This document shows, piece after piece, positions 49,286-58,745 of a stretch of DNA of 64,000 nucleotides. Numbering within the stretch: the stretch's first letter is position 1; each line of letters starts with the position of its first letter. The translations under genes were made by a program, and so were the position numbers. This stretch comes from Holosporales bacterium (GTDB taxonomy: Bacteria; Pseudomonadota; Alphaproteobacteria; RUG11792): assembly GCA_031268935.1 (NCBI GenBank), contig JAIRWL010000010.1:5288-69287 (forward strand), read 5' to 3'. The notes beneath the pieces are model-generated. The model saw only the letters and a list, made by a program, of their open reading frames with translations, was not told where the DNA came from and searched no databases.

Positions 49286-50443
49286 CCCAAGCCCTCCCCG
49301 GATCGGCCCTGCGGTGAATCGCTCGCCGCCTCCTCCTGAATGTGCGGTGATAGTCTTCACTTCAGGAATCTACCATCTCCATTCCTTGTCAATTACCTGA
49401 TGTCGTCCGGGATGGGATCCCGTGAGGAATTCTCCCGAAGCTGTCCCGGCGCGAGCCGGGTCTTATGGAAAACTGCCTCAACCTCCTGCTAAAACTGCCC
49501 CCCGTGCCCGTCTCCTTTGCCACCTCGGGTACCCCCTCATGGGGGCCGCCACCTGTGACTCGCATTCACACAAGCTTCCTCCAACCCGGGCCGCCGGCTA
49601 AACCAGCCCCTCTACTACCGACCTACTGTATCGACCTGCCCTGTAAATCTAGCTGTCGCCTGGACTTGAATTCTCCGGCTCGTTGGTGCAACACTCCCCA
49701 TCCTCTGGAAGTCGAGAGGCAGACGGGCCTTCCGTAATCAAGACTCCCCAGCTCTAGGAGGATTCTTGGGGGCCCCAGAGAGGGGAGCTCCACAACCCGG
49801 AAATCCACTGGGGGGCCCTTAACGTAGGTACTACCGATAGGGCGAACCGCCCGCCCCACTTTAATGGGAGGGCTGTCTGCTCCTTTCTGGGAATATACTG
49901 TTGGGCCTTTCCTGTCGTGTCTACCTCACTGTCGCCCCCCACCTCAAGCAGTGGGGGGTATCTGCTCCGGAAACGAATGTCCTGAGGGCCGGGAGTGAAT
50001 AACCCCCAATTCCCCCACACATTTGGATTGGGCCAGAAGTCTTATCTGCCCCTTGGGCTCTCTGCCTGCTCTTCTACTGGGGGACTACACCCCCCCTTTA
50101 AACTGTGCTCTCACCGGTAAATACCGCCCTTGCCATGGGGAAACTCGAGACGATCACACGGACGGGTCTGTCCAGAAGGCTGTCCCTGTCAGGGTGTTCA
50201 AGTCGCCCTCTTCTACTGGGGGCCTGGCCCCCTTTGCAGGAACTCGCTTCTCAACCTACGGTCCCTTATCCTGGGGCTCCTCGAAACCAGCTCTCTCACC
50301 GGATCTTGTCAGCTAGCCTGAGCTAACTCAGAGCCTCGAGGCGGTAGGAGTTTGAATGAGCCGGACTCAAGAAAGACGGGCTGCCCCAGAGGAACAATTT
50401 ATCTCCCTTCCTCCTGATTCCAGAGACATAATTCTCCGACCCG

Positions 50444-51247
50444 CTAATAACCAGAACGCATTGGGCGCCCATCTGGCCTCGGGCGGATCATGCCCTGAGG
50501 GGGTCGAAAATCCGGCTGACGGACGCCAGCTTGCCTAAATCCACCAGAGCTGGTTGGAGCTATTGGCCGGTCCTGTGGCTGATGGGGGCCTTGCTTGCCT
50601 TGATCCACTGGGTCTCCGTAACCCCCAGGAGATGTCGACCGACGGGGCCCCCCTCTATGACCTGCGGGACCCGCTCCCTGACCTGCTACCTTCCACTGAG
50701 GACCGGGGAAATATCCTTGCCCTCTACCCTGGCCCTGAGGGGGGACTTGCTTTGCTGGAGGCATAGCTGCTTCGTAACCTCCAGTTGGGGACGAGCTCCG
50801 GAGCCCACCACGATGTCCTCGTTGACCAGCTCCCTGGCCGGCTGCTTGTCCCTGGCGATGTCGGCCAGGTCCTCCTCCTGTCCGATATCCTCCCCTAACG
50901 TGAGGGCTTGTGTGTCTTTGGTGCGGACCACGACAGCCCGCAGCATCCATACCAGCCCCCGTAACCTCTGTGCTCCCCTGCTGCTGTCCTGCAGGAGCCG
51001 GTATGGAGGAGGAAAGAGGCGCTCCAGCTTGCCATCCTTGCCCCATGCCCCCTTGGATCGGCCCGTTTGGGGCACTGTGCTGTCCATCAGGCCCCCGTTT
51101 CATCTGCCCCCCTCTCTGCCCATACCCTGACCCATCTGATGGGGCGCCCCGTGCTGCAGCCGACTCAGGCTGAGGCGCTGCTGCCATCGTCTCAATGCTC
51201 AGCAAACCAGCAATTAAAAGAACTCTGTCAATTAACTTATTCACCAT
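50444..51247 (-). CDS. Secreted Gly/Gln/Pro/Arg-rich repeat protein (267 aa)
   Basis: N-terminus MVNKLIDRVLLIAGLLSIETMAAAP (signal peptide). Repeats AGQGAG.(R/A)GHRGG(L/P)R(S/R)S(S/T)SP(T/G)GGY. Transcribed divergently from tssB. Confidence 0.5.
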   Translation of the reverse strand: MVNKLIDRVLLIAGLLSIETMAAAPQPESAAARGAPSDGSGYGQRGGQMKRGPDGQHSAPNGPIQGGMGQGWQAGAPLSSSIPAPAGQQQGSTEVTGAGMDAAGCRGPHQRHTSPHVRGGYRTGGGPGRHRQGQAAGQGAGQRGHRGGLRSSSPTGGYEAAMPPAKQVPPQGQGRGQGYFPGPQWKVAGQGAGPAGHRGGPRRSTSPGGYGDPVDQGKQGPHQPQDRPIAPTSSGGFRQAGVRQPDFRPPQGMIRPRPDGRPMRSGY

Positions 51248-51491
51248 TCTTCACCCCTTATTATTTCCATGGTCTTCTGCATACTATTCTAACAGACAAA
51301 GATTGTGATTGCAAATGAACCGTGCTTCCTGCCACTTTTGGTGAATTTTTTTATGTGGAATAATCTTTTTATCTGAATCGCCTAAATTTCTCATTGATAA
51401 GTTAACTAATTTTAAAGATATTTTGTCTTAGTATGGCAATAGTGATGTAATCATAGGAAGAGTTTTGTTTTTAGATTTGAGGAATTCGTGA

Positions 51492-52043
51492 ATGGCGGAA
51501 AGCAGGCAGCATACTCTTGGAAGAGTTAGAAAGCCGAGAGTTCACATAACCTATGATGTCGAAATCGGTGATGCGATTGAAAAGAAGGAATTGCCGTTTA
51601 TTGTCGGGGTTTTAGCGGATCTTTCTGGTAATCCAGAACTCCCTCTTCCACCTATGAAGAACAGGAAATTTGTTGAGGTTGATCGTGATAACTTCGGGGA
51701 GATGATGGCTATCATTAATCCTCGATTAGTTATTAGGGTCCCCAACAAACTTTCTGAAGAGGTCCCAGAAATGAGCATTGAGCTGCTTTTTGAATGCATG
51801 GAGGATTTTGAGCCGCAAAATGTAGCGAAAAATATTCCCAGTTTGGCCGCGCTTTATACTCGAAGAAATGCCTTGAAGAACCTCATTACCAAGATGGATG
51901 GTAACGATGCCCTCGAGGCTCTGCTAACTCAGATTATGAAAAATAATGATAATCTGGATAAATTGAAAAAAGAGCTAGATGATCGTGGCGGTGAACCTGC
52001 TCCTGGTAGTACGGAAACGGCCGAGGAAACGACAGCAGAATGA
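51492..52043 (+). CDS. tssB: Type VI secretion sheath small subunit TssB/VipA
   Basis: 183 aa. PRVHITYDVEIGDAIEKKELPFIVGVLADLSG is the canonical TssB N-terminal signature. Confidence 0.9.
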   Translation: MAESRQHTLGRVRKPRVHITYDVEIGDAIEKKELPFIVGVLADLSGNPELPLPPMKNRKFVEVDRDNFGEMMAIINPRLVIRVPNKLSEEVPEMSIELLFECMEDFEPQNVAKNIPSLAALYTRRNALKNLITKMDGNDALEALLTQIMKNNDNLDKLKKELDDRGGEPAPGSTETAEETTAE

Positions 52044-52061
52044 GGTTATTGGAGAGAGAGA

Positions 52062-53528
52062 ATGGCCGATGAAATAATTGTCATACCGGAAGAAGCGAGC
52101 CTTCTTGATATTCTACTCCATGAAAAGAAAATGGCCAGATTTCCAGAGCAAGAGGATGCCGCTAGCGATTTATTATCCGCTCTTGTTGAAGAATTAAAAG
52201 CGCTAACAGAATCGCCGGCTGAGAGCGGTATCGTTCAATTTCTGATGCGGAGAATACTGGAGATTGACGAACTTCTTACATCTCAGATTAATGAAATTTT
52301 GCATCATCCTGATTTTCAAAAATTAGAAGGTTCTTGGAGAGGATTGCGGTACTTCGTAATGAATACAGAGACGAGTACGAGGATGAAAATCAGGGTAATG
52401 AACGCATCACTATCGGATCTTAGAGATGACCTGTCTAAAGCTATTGAATTCGATCAAAGCGCTCTATTTAAGAAAATTTATGAAGAAGAGTATGGAACTT
52501 TTGGTGGTTCTCCGTATTCATGTTTGATAGGGGATTTTGCGTTTACTAACCATCCACTAGATATTATGTTTTTGGAGCTAATGTCGGGCCTGGCGTCTGC
52601 GGCTCACACCCCATTTATCGCTTCTGTTTCGCCTCTGTTTTTCAACCTCGATAAATTCGAAGACCTGCCGCTTCCGAGAGATCTAGCGAAAGCTTTTGAA
52701 TCTCCGGACTATATTAAATGGAATTCTTTTCGAAATTCGGAAGATTCCAGGTATATAACATTACTTCTTCCGCGAATCCTTATGAGGCTTCCGTATGGCC
52801 CGAGTACTCTTCCCGTAGCAGAATTTAATTTTACTGAAGACGTTGGAATCGGAGATACGGAGAAGTTTTGTTGGGGTAATCCTGTGTATGCCATGGCCCA
52901 GAGGATTACGAATGCATTCGCCCTCTATAGCTGGACGGCGGCTATAAGGGGCGTCGAGGGAGGCGGAGTCGTCGAAGGATTACCGACCTATATCTTCAAA
53001 ACTTTAGAGGGCGATAAGACGGTCAAATGTCCGACCGAAGTAGCGATTACCGATCGGAGGGAAAAAGAGCTAAGTGATCTAGGATTTATTACTGTTTGCT
53101 ATTGCAAGGGCTCTGATTTTGCCGTCTTTTTTGGATGCCAAACGACGCAGAAACCGAAGGTTTATAACTTGGATGATGCTAATGCTAATGCGACAATTTC
53201 AGCTAGAGTGACTTATCTGCTGGCGGCTTCGAGATTTGCTCATTACATCAAGGTCATAATGAGGGATAAAATCGGGGTATTCTTGACGAAAGAAAATGTT
53301 GAACTATATCTTAACACTTGGCTGGCCTCCTATATCCTTTTAAATGATGATGCGCCGGCTAAAGTAAAGGCGGCCTATCCGCTGAGAGAAGGCCGAATAG
53401 ACGTTTACGATGTTCCAGGATCTCCAGGAGCTTATAGGGCGGTCATTTATCTCAGGCCTCATTTCCAGATGGAAGAGTTAACGGCATCGATTAGGCTTGT
53501 TGCAAATCTTCCGGGTAGAGCTGGGTAG
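52062..53528 (+). CDS. tssC: Type VI secretion sheath large subunit TssC/VipB
   Basis: 488 aa. WRGLRYFV, HTPFIASVSP, WGNPVYAMAQRITNAFALYSWTAAIRGVEGGG, EVAITDRREKELSDLGFI, SRFAHYIKVIMRDKIG. Confidence 0.9.
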   Translation: MADEIIVIPEEASLLDILLHEKKMARFPEQEDAASDLLSALVEELKALTESPAESGIVQFLMRRILEIDELLTSQINEILHHPDFQKLEGSWRGLRYFVMNTETSTRMKIRVMNASLSDLRDDLSKAIEFDQSALFKKIYEEEYGTFGGSPYSCLIGDFAFTNHPLDIMFLELMSGLASAAHTPFIASVSPLFFNLDKFEDLPLPRDLAKAFESPDYIKWNSFRNSEDSRYITLLLPRILMRLPYGPSTLPVAEFNFTEDVGIGDTEKFCWGNPVYAMAQRITNAFALYSWTAAIRGVEGGGVVEGLPTYIFKTLEGDKTVKCPTEVAITDRREKELSDLGFITVCYCKGSDFAVFFGCQTTQKPKVYNLDDANANATISARVTYLLAASRFAHYIKVIMRDKIGVFLTKENVELYLNTWLASYILLNDDAPAKVKAAYPLREGRIDVYDVPGSPGAYRAVIYLRPHFQMEELTASIRLVANLPGRAG

Positions 53529-53533
53529 ATGCT

Positions 53534-54715
53534 ATGGGGGGATTGAGATTTAAGTCAGTTATTTTGGCTTCGCTTATTACCTTGTCACCACTCTCTGTTT
53601 CCGTTGCCAAAAAATCAACTCAAACAGACCACAAAAAACTTGATCAGGATCCGATTGATCCTGAAAAACTTAGGGCTCTGACCAAGAAGCATATCGGAGC
53701 CGTTGTTCCCATATATATAACCCGAAATGGCGTGGATAAAGAAGACGGTAGAATTTTTAATCTAGCTGTTGTCCCGAAAAATGAGAGAAAACGACATAAT
53801 AATTTCGTGAAATCTGGAATTATCGTGTCGCCGCAGGGGCATATCCTCACGACGGCCGATGGTATCGAGCGAGGGGATCATATACTCGTTAACATAGGGG
53901 AAGGGGGCGTCGATGTTAGAGAGAAGGGGCAAAATACCTATGAGGCTGTAGTTATCGAAGTCTCGCCAGAATTAGGATTGGCTCTTTTGAAAATCGATCC
54001 CAGAGGAGGTGTAGCATTGCCGTTTATACCGATTGGAAATGCGCCTTCCTTGGTTGCCGGCCAACCGATCTCAGGGGTTGCTATGGGCCATGCCAAGGGT
54101 GATGTTTTCGTAGGGGTAGCATGTCAGGCGAATAAAAACAGTACCTTTGGGCCCTTCGCGATGCCCGCCGAAACGACCCCAATAAAGAAAGATGGTGCAT
54201 GGCAATTGCACATAGTGCAAACGGTAGGCAAGGGAGGATGGTTCGAGCTACATGGCGGGGTCCTAATTGATAGGAACGGGAGGGTGATTGGTCTGATCGT
54301 TGCGGGGGTGGATCAGTTTTACCTACCTGTGTTAACAGCCATCCCCGTGAGTATTGTCGCCAAGGTCCTGCGTACTGCGGTCCCTTCGCTCCTGAAAACT
54401 GCAGACACTGTGCATTTGGGGATAACCCCGTGTTTGAAGCCGGCCAAAACAATTGGAAAAGCCGGGCTAGAGGCCCTCGAATGGGATGTCGTGAATTATC
54501 CATCCTTGGTGGTCATCAAGTCTATTCAAGTTGGTTCTCCGGCCGATAACGCTGGCTTACTCCCTGGAGATGTCATCCTAAGAATAGGAGATGAAGAAGT
54601 TAAGAATCTCGCTACTTTCAAAAATCTAGTGAACGATACAATAGGGACCAATGCAGTCGTTTTCAAGGTCCTGAGAGACGGAAAAATAACAGAATTCGAA
54701 TTGAGTCTGGTATAA
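53534..54715 (+). CDS. HtrA/DegP-like trypsin-fold + PDZ protein, with the catalytic triad apparently substituted
   Basis: Signal peptide (FKSVILASLITLSPLSVSVA), trypsin-fold blocks alignable by eye to DegP, and a PDZ domain (GSPADNAGLLPGDVILRIGDEEV). The triad positions read D (LTTADG where DegP has LTNNHV), G (LGLALLKI where DegP has DIALLKI) and H (ELHGGVL where DegP has GNSGGAL). Confidence 0.65.
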   Translation: MGGLRFKSVILASLITLSPLSVSVAKKSTQTDHKKLDQDPIDPEKLRALTKKHIGAVVPIYITRNGVDKEDGRIFNLAVVPKNERKRHNNFVKSGIIVSPQGHILTTADGIERGDHILVNIGEGGVDVREKGQNTYEAVVIEVSPELGLALLKIDPRGGVALPFIPIGNAPSLVAGQPISGVAMGHAKGDVFVGVACQANKNSTFGPFAMPAETTPIKKDGAWQLHIVQTVGKGGWFELHGGVLIDRNGRVIGLIVAGVDQFYLPVLTAIPVSIVAKVLRTAVPSLLKTADTVHLGITPCLKPAKTIGKAGLEALEWDVVNYPSLVVIKSIQVGSPADNAGLLPGDVILRIGDEEVKNLATFKNLVNDTIGTNAVVFKVLRDGKITEFELSLV

Positions 54716-54895
54716 TTTCTCCTGTCCAAAACCGATTCTCTCAATTCCTGGCAACATCCATGTAATGTCTATTGTCTATAATGAACCGATATCGTAAATC
54801 CCGAATATAATCAAATATATTGACAGTACCTCTCAATCGTCATAAAATAAAAGAAAGGGACGCTTAATCCAAAGGGCATTAGACAGGAGAAGGTC

Positions 54896-55195
54896 ATGAA
54901 AATAAACAACCTAGCGCTAGCGGGAATAATGTTCCAGCTACTGAGTTATAGCAATATGCAGTCACATGCATCAACTCTCGACCCTTATATCCTGCAAAGG
55001 TATATATTGAACCATCCAGAGGAGTTTGGGCAGCTTCGTCCATACGAGGCCTTGGATAAGGCAAGTGACATGCTTCGAAATGCCGAGGTAACGGCAGCCT
55101 TGAGGCAAAAGATCCAGAACGATACCCCCCGCCCCAGGCCAAAAGATGCATTTCCGGAAGATCTTAACGATCCCACCCTTTACGAGTACGATTAG
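54896..55195 (+). CDS. Small secreted hypothetical protein (99 aa)
   Basis: N-terminus MKINNLALAGIMFQLLSYSNMQSHA (signal peptide-like), with an agacaggagaag RBS-like element upstream. Confidence 0.4.
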   Translation: MKINNLALAGIMFQLLSYSNMQSHASTLDPYILQRYILNHPEEFGQLRPYEALDKASDMLRNAEVTAALRQKIQNDTPRPRPKDAFPEDLNDPTLYEYD

Positions 55196-55391
55196 AGTCT
55201 CAGGAGCGCCGGGTCGGGGACAACCATCTCAGCCAGGAAAGATAGCGGTTGGGATTTGAGCGATAAGCCCCCCCCCCCCTTAAGGGATCCTTATCGACCC
55301 GGCAAGGGGGCTGCCCTCGGTGCCCTGATGGGCAGGCGGGATATGATGGGCGGGGAAGCCCGTCTGAGGGTGGAATCCCTCGAGTCCCTAG

Positions 55392-55649
55392 CCAACTGCC
55401 TTAGTTGTAACTCGAACATGGGGTTCCAATCGCCGCACCGTTGACCTTTCACCTTTCCGGTCAGTCTCGGCTGCTTTGTTGAGCTTTGGTAACTACCCAT
55501 TACTTCCTTCCAACTGCAAGAGACCGGATTCCAACTGCCTTAGTTGTAACTCGAGCATGGGGTTCAAATCGCGGCACCGTTGACCTTGCATCTTTCCGGT
55601 CAGTCTCGGCTGCCTCGATGAGCTTTGGGAACTCCCCATTACTACCTTG
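55392..55649 (-). repeat. Two copies of an approximately 119-bp unit (period 139 bp), each carrying a small ORF start
   Basis: ccaactgccttagttgtaactcga.catggggtt.caatcgc.gcaccgttgacctt...tttccggtcagtctcggctgc...gagctttgg.aact.cccattact at 55392 and 55531. On the minus strand, both copies encode MGS(Y/S)QSS(T/S)(K/R)QPRLTGK..GQRC.D.NPM.ELQLRQL. Confidence 0.7.
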
Positions 55650-56473
55650 AACCGCGAATTATTTAATCTCATTCCGGTGTCTCCATGCTGAATGACGTAC
55701 AGTTCGGGCGGACCTCGAGGCGACCTGTGCTCCGTCCTTTTAACGTCCAGAGATATTCTCAAGGGGGATTCTGCCCTCAGTGTCGAATTCCTGCCACGGT
55801 TTCAGCCGAAGCGCTCTTAGGGCGAGAGATCTTCCTAGTTCGGTGAAGACCGGACTGAGCAGCACTTGTCGAGGATCACCTTCAGGTAATCCCTCCGGAA
55901 GTGGCAACCTATGTGCGAACCGAAGAGTGGGAACTGCCCTAAGTTAGAGTCCCCGCCTTGGTACTAGGGGGACGAGATGCATACCTAAAAAGGCCTCACT
56001 GAGCCCCCGTACCTTTTACTGTGAAGCGCCACGAGGGAAACTTAAGACATGCGTGATGATAACTGCTGATACCCTTAATGAGCGTGAGAGCAATGTAATT
56101 CCTCCGCCTCAGTGAGTGACTGCCGCGGGTTACTTCCCTTCGGCTCCTACTTAACTAGAAAAAGGTCTCCCATTCCGACTAAACCCCCTGTCCAAAGCTC
56201 AAAAAAAACTCCCAGGGCCTGGTATCTTATCCAAGTGGGATAAAAAAAGCATTTTCAATTCCGATAGCCCACCCTAGCATCTTGTCTTTCTGTCCCAAGC
56301 TTACTATTTTTTTTCTCAATGCTATCTAGCTTTTTTTCCGTGCCGAAACCTTTCTTCTCCTACCACGAGAGAGGGATCGATTTTCTCTTCGGACTCAGGT
56401 ACCAGGGATCGCCTGGATGTAATCCTATACGTTTTTGAATTGTTTTACCAACCTTACGAGGAGTCGAGCAATC

Positions 56474-56548
<75 letters not shown>

Positions 56549-56747
56549 ATATCCTCTCGAACTTTGATAGTTTAAATTAGATAATTCATTAAATCAAGTC
56601 TCTGACCTTTGTGGATTTTCTTATTTCTTTTTTTTTGAAGTGCATCTCTAACGTCTTATCCTAAATTTATGATATCCTACAAGAACAAACTCTTTTTCAT
56701 CTTCTTGATCAAACATATTGTAATCAAAGTCATCGATTTATTGGGAA

Positions 56748-57407
56748 TTATGATGGTTTCATCTCCTTGAGGGCCTTATTTGCCACAGTGCCCGAGGTTA
56801 AATCCAGCGAGGTCACAATCGTTCCTCCCGACTTATGACCAGTAAGAGAAATAAAGTTCTGGGAGTATACCGTAATCCCCAGATAAGTGAATCCAATCAC
56901 AGCAACCTCACTAGAGCTGAAAATATCTATATAGACTATAGTGCATACCTGGAAAGTGGTTTGGCGCCGGACCGTCGGTTTAGAGGTTTCCGCACTCTGC
57001 GTCAGATAGACTATATCCATGAAGTGGATATATGCGATAGCTCCCTGTCCGAGTAATTGAAACAATGTGAGTATCAAATTGTTTTGGGGAACGACGAGAT
57101 AAACAGCCGAGGCGTACAACCCCACTGTGTGCCCCAGAACATTCTCACCAACGCTATGGCTGCTCCCCGCTAGATTCCCTTTAGCTCCAAGAATCCGGAC
57201 CACTTTGGATCCATCCGATCCGGCTGGGTCCGTCCAAATTGTCTCCAATTCTACCTTGGCGTTAGTATCCAGGCAAAAGCACACAACTCGAGGAGGGAGA
57301 GAGACCTGATCTCCCGACCTCACCATTTCTTCATACTCAATCAGATCTCCGAAAGGTCTGATCTCATCGGCCCAGCCTCTAGTTCCAGTGGGAGCTCTAC
57401 GGGTCAT
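56748..57407 (-). CDS. Hypothetical protein (219 aa)
   Basis: Intermediate-GC ORF with no signal peptide or recognisable motif. Confidence 0.4.
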   Translation of the reverse strand: MTRRAPTGTRGWADEIRPFGDLIEYEEMVRSGDQVSLPPRVVCFCLDTNAKVELETIWTDPAGSDGSKVVRILGAKGNLAGSSHSVGENVLGHTVGLYASAVYLVVPQNNLILTLFQLLGQGAIAYIHFMDIVYLTQSAETSKPTVRRQTTFQVCTIVYIDIFSSSEVAVIGFTYLGITVYSQNFISLTGHKSGGTIVTSLDLTSGTVANKALKEMKPS

Positions 57408-57764
57408 CTTTCCTTTTTATCTTTCTGTGAAAGAGTATCTCTGATCTAGCCTAGATGTTAATGATTACAAATCCGTTAATTTCCGGGAGTTCATGGTAGA
57501 TAAGTTTGTTGAGATAACAAAAAATTTACCTAAATTACTTGCTAATATAATTACCGTATCCGCTTCGAACATAAGTGATAAGTTGAATCTACTAGACTAA
57601 AAATCTGCTTTTCTAATCTTGAATAACAATTGAATATTGCATTTTCTCGAAAAATCAACTACACTGCGAATTATTTGGTTTTTTTCAACTATTTGGATCG
57701 TGCGGCAACGAGATTCTAACATTTTTATGGTGTACCATGTCGCCATTCCGCGGGCTTTTTTAAA

Positions 57765-58745
57765 ATGAGTGAGAAGACTGGCCTTATGGAAATGTCAAGC
57801 ATGTTCAGCGAAATATCAAATTGTTTTACAATTCTCGAGAAATACGTGAGTTTCTTCATTCCATTTGCGATCGTTTCTGAAACTCGGGAAGTAATATTCA
57901 AATCATCTCATTTTTGCGAAGTCGAAAAATTTCGTTCTATGAGCGAAAATTTTTCTCTGAAACTACCAATTGCGATGAGAAAAAACCATGAATTTCAATC
58001 ATCAGATGCGATATATCGGAAAGTTGCTACGACGAAAGATGGGATTGGCATTTTTTGTATGACCATTAATTCATCCGAAACGAAAGAAAATAATCGCAAT
58101 TTAGAGCAACCAAAATTTTGTCATGATTCTCAGGAATTACTTCGGAATATTTCTAATTTTCTTCAGATGATTAAAATGCAGTTGGCCCCAGATTGTGATA
58201 AAGAAGTTGTGAATTATATTGATTTTGCATTAAATAATACCGAGATTTTAAGCAAATGGAATAAAAAATTATTAAATGAATCTGAATATTATAGTAATCA
58301 TACCTTTAAGTTGTACGATGCAATCGATCACATCCGGCGTTTGATCTATTTTCTGATTGCCGATAAAGAATGTGTTATTCAGTGTGAACCAGATATTCCT
58401 TCGATACGAGGTAATTATTTTGAAATTCTGAGAGTTTTTAAAAATTTGATCGAGAATTCTATTAAATATGCCAAAACTGATAAATTGATTATCGATATTG
58501 CCATAGTGGAGATTGCGGATGATTTTATTCGTATCATGTTTAGGGATAATGGATCGGCCCTCTCCGAAACTACCAAGAATGAAATAGAATCGATCTTAAG
58601 TGGAGAAAAAAATAGCCTTGGTCTCGAGATATGCAGAGATATTCTCAGCTGCAATAATGGAATGATTAAATTTTTGAGAAACGGTAGTGGCTGCACTTAT
58701 GAGATAAAACTTCACATTGGAACACAAAAAGGAGGCAAGTTATGA
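57765..58745 (+). CDS. Cytoplasmic sensor histidine kinase
   Basis: 326 aa with no TM segment. H-box-like FCHDSQELLRNISNFLQM, N-box FKNLIENSIKYA, G-boxes FRDNGSA and SLGLEICRDI. Confidence 0.75.
   Translation: MSEKTGLMEMSSMFSEISNCFTILEKYVSFFIPFAIVSETREVIFKSSHFCEVEKFRSMSENFSLKLPIAMRKNHEFQSSDAIYRKVATTKDGIGIFCMTINSSETKENNRNLEQPKFCHDSQELLRNISNFLQMIKMQLAPDCDKEVVNYIDFALNNTEILSKWNKKLLNESEYYSNHTFKLYDAIDHIRRLIYFLIADKECVIQCEPDIPSIRGNYFEILRVFKNLIENSIKYAKTDKLIIDIAIVEIADDFIRIMFRDNGSALSETTKNEIESILSGEKNSLGLEICRDILSCNNGMIKFLRNGSGCTYEIKLHIGTQKGGKL

Noticed and set aside
55763-56473. A possible RNase P RNA, tmRNA, SRP RNA or group II intron in the ORF-free block.
   Set aside because: I searched by eye on both strands for hallmark motifs: GAGGAAAGUCCGGGC for RNase P, a tRNA-like 3' end with a tag ORF for tmRNA, GGAAGGAAGCAGC for SRP RNA, and a domain V hairpin for group II introns. 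I found none. The region is left as unassigned.
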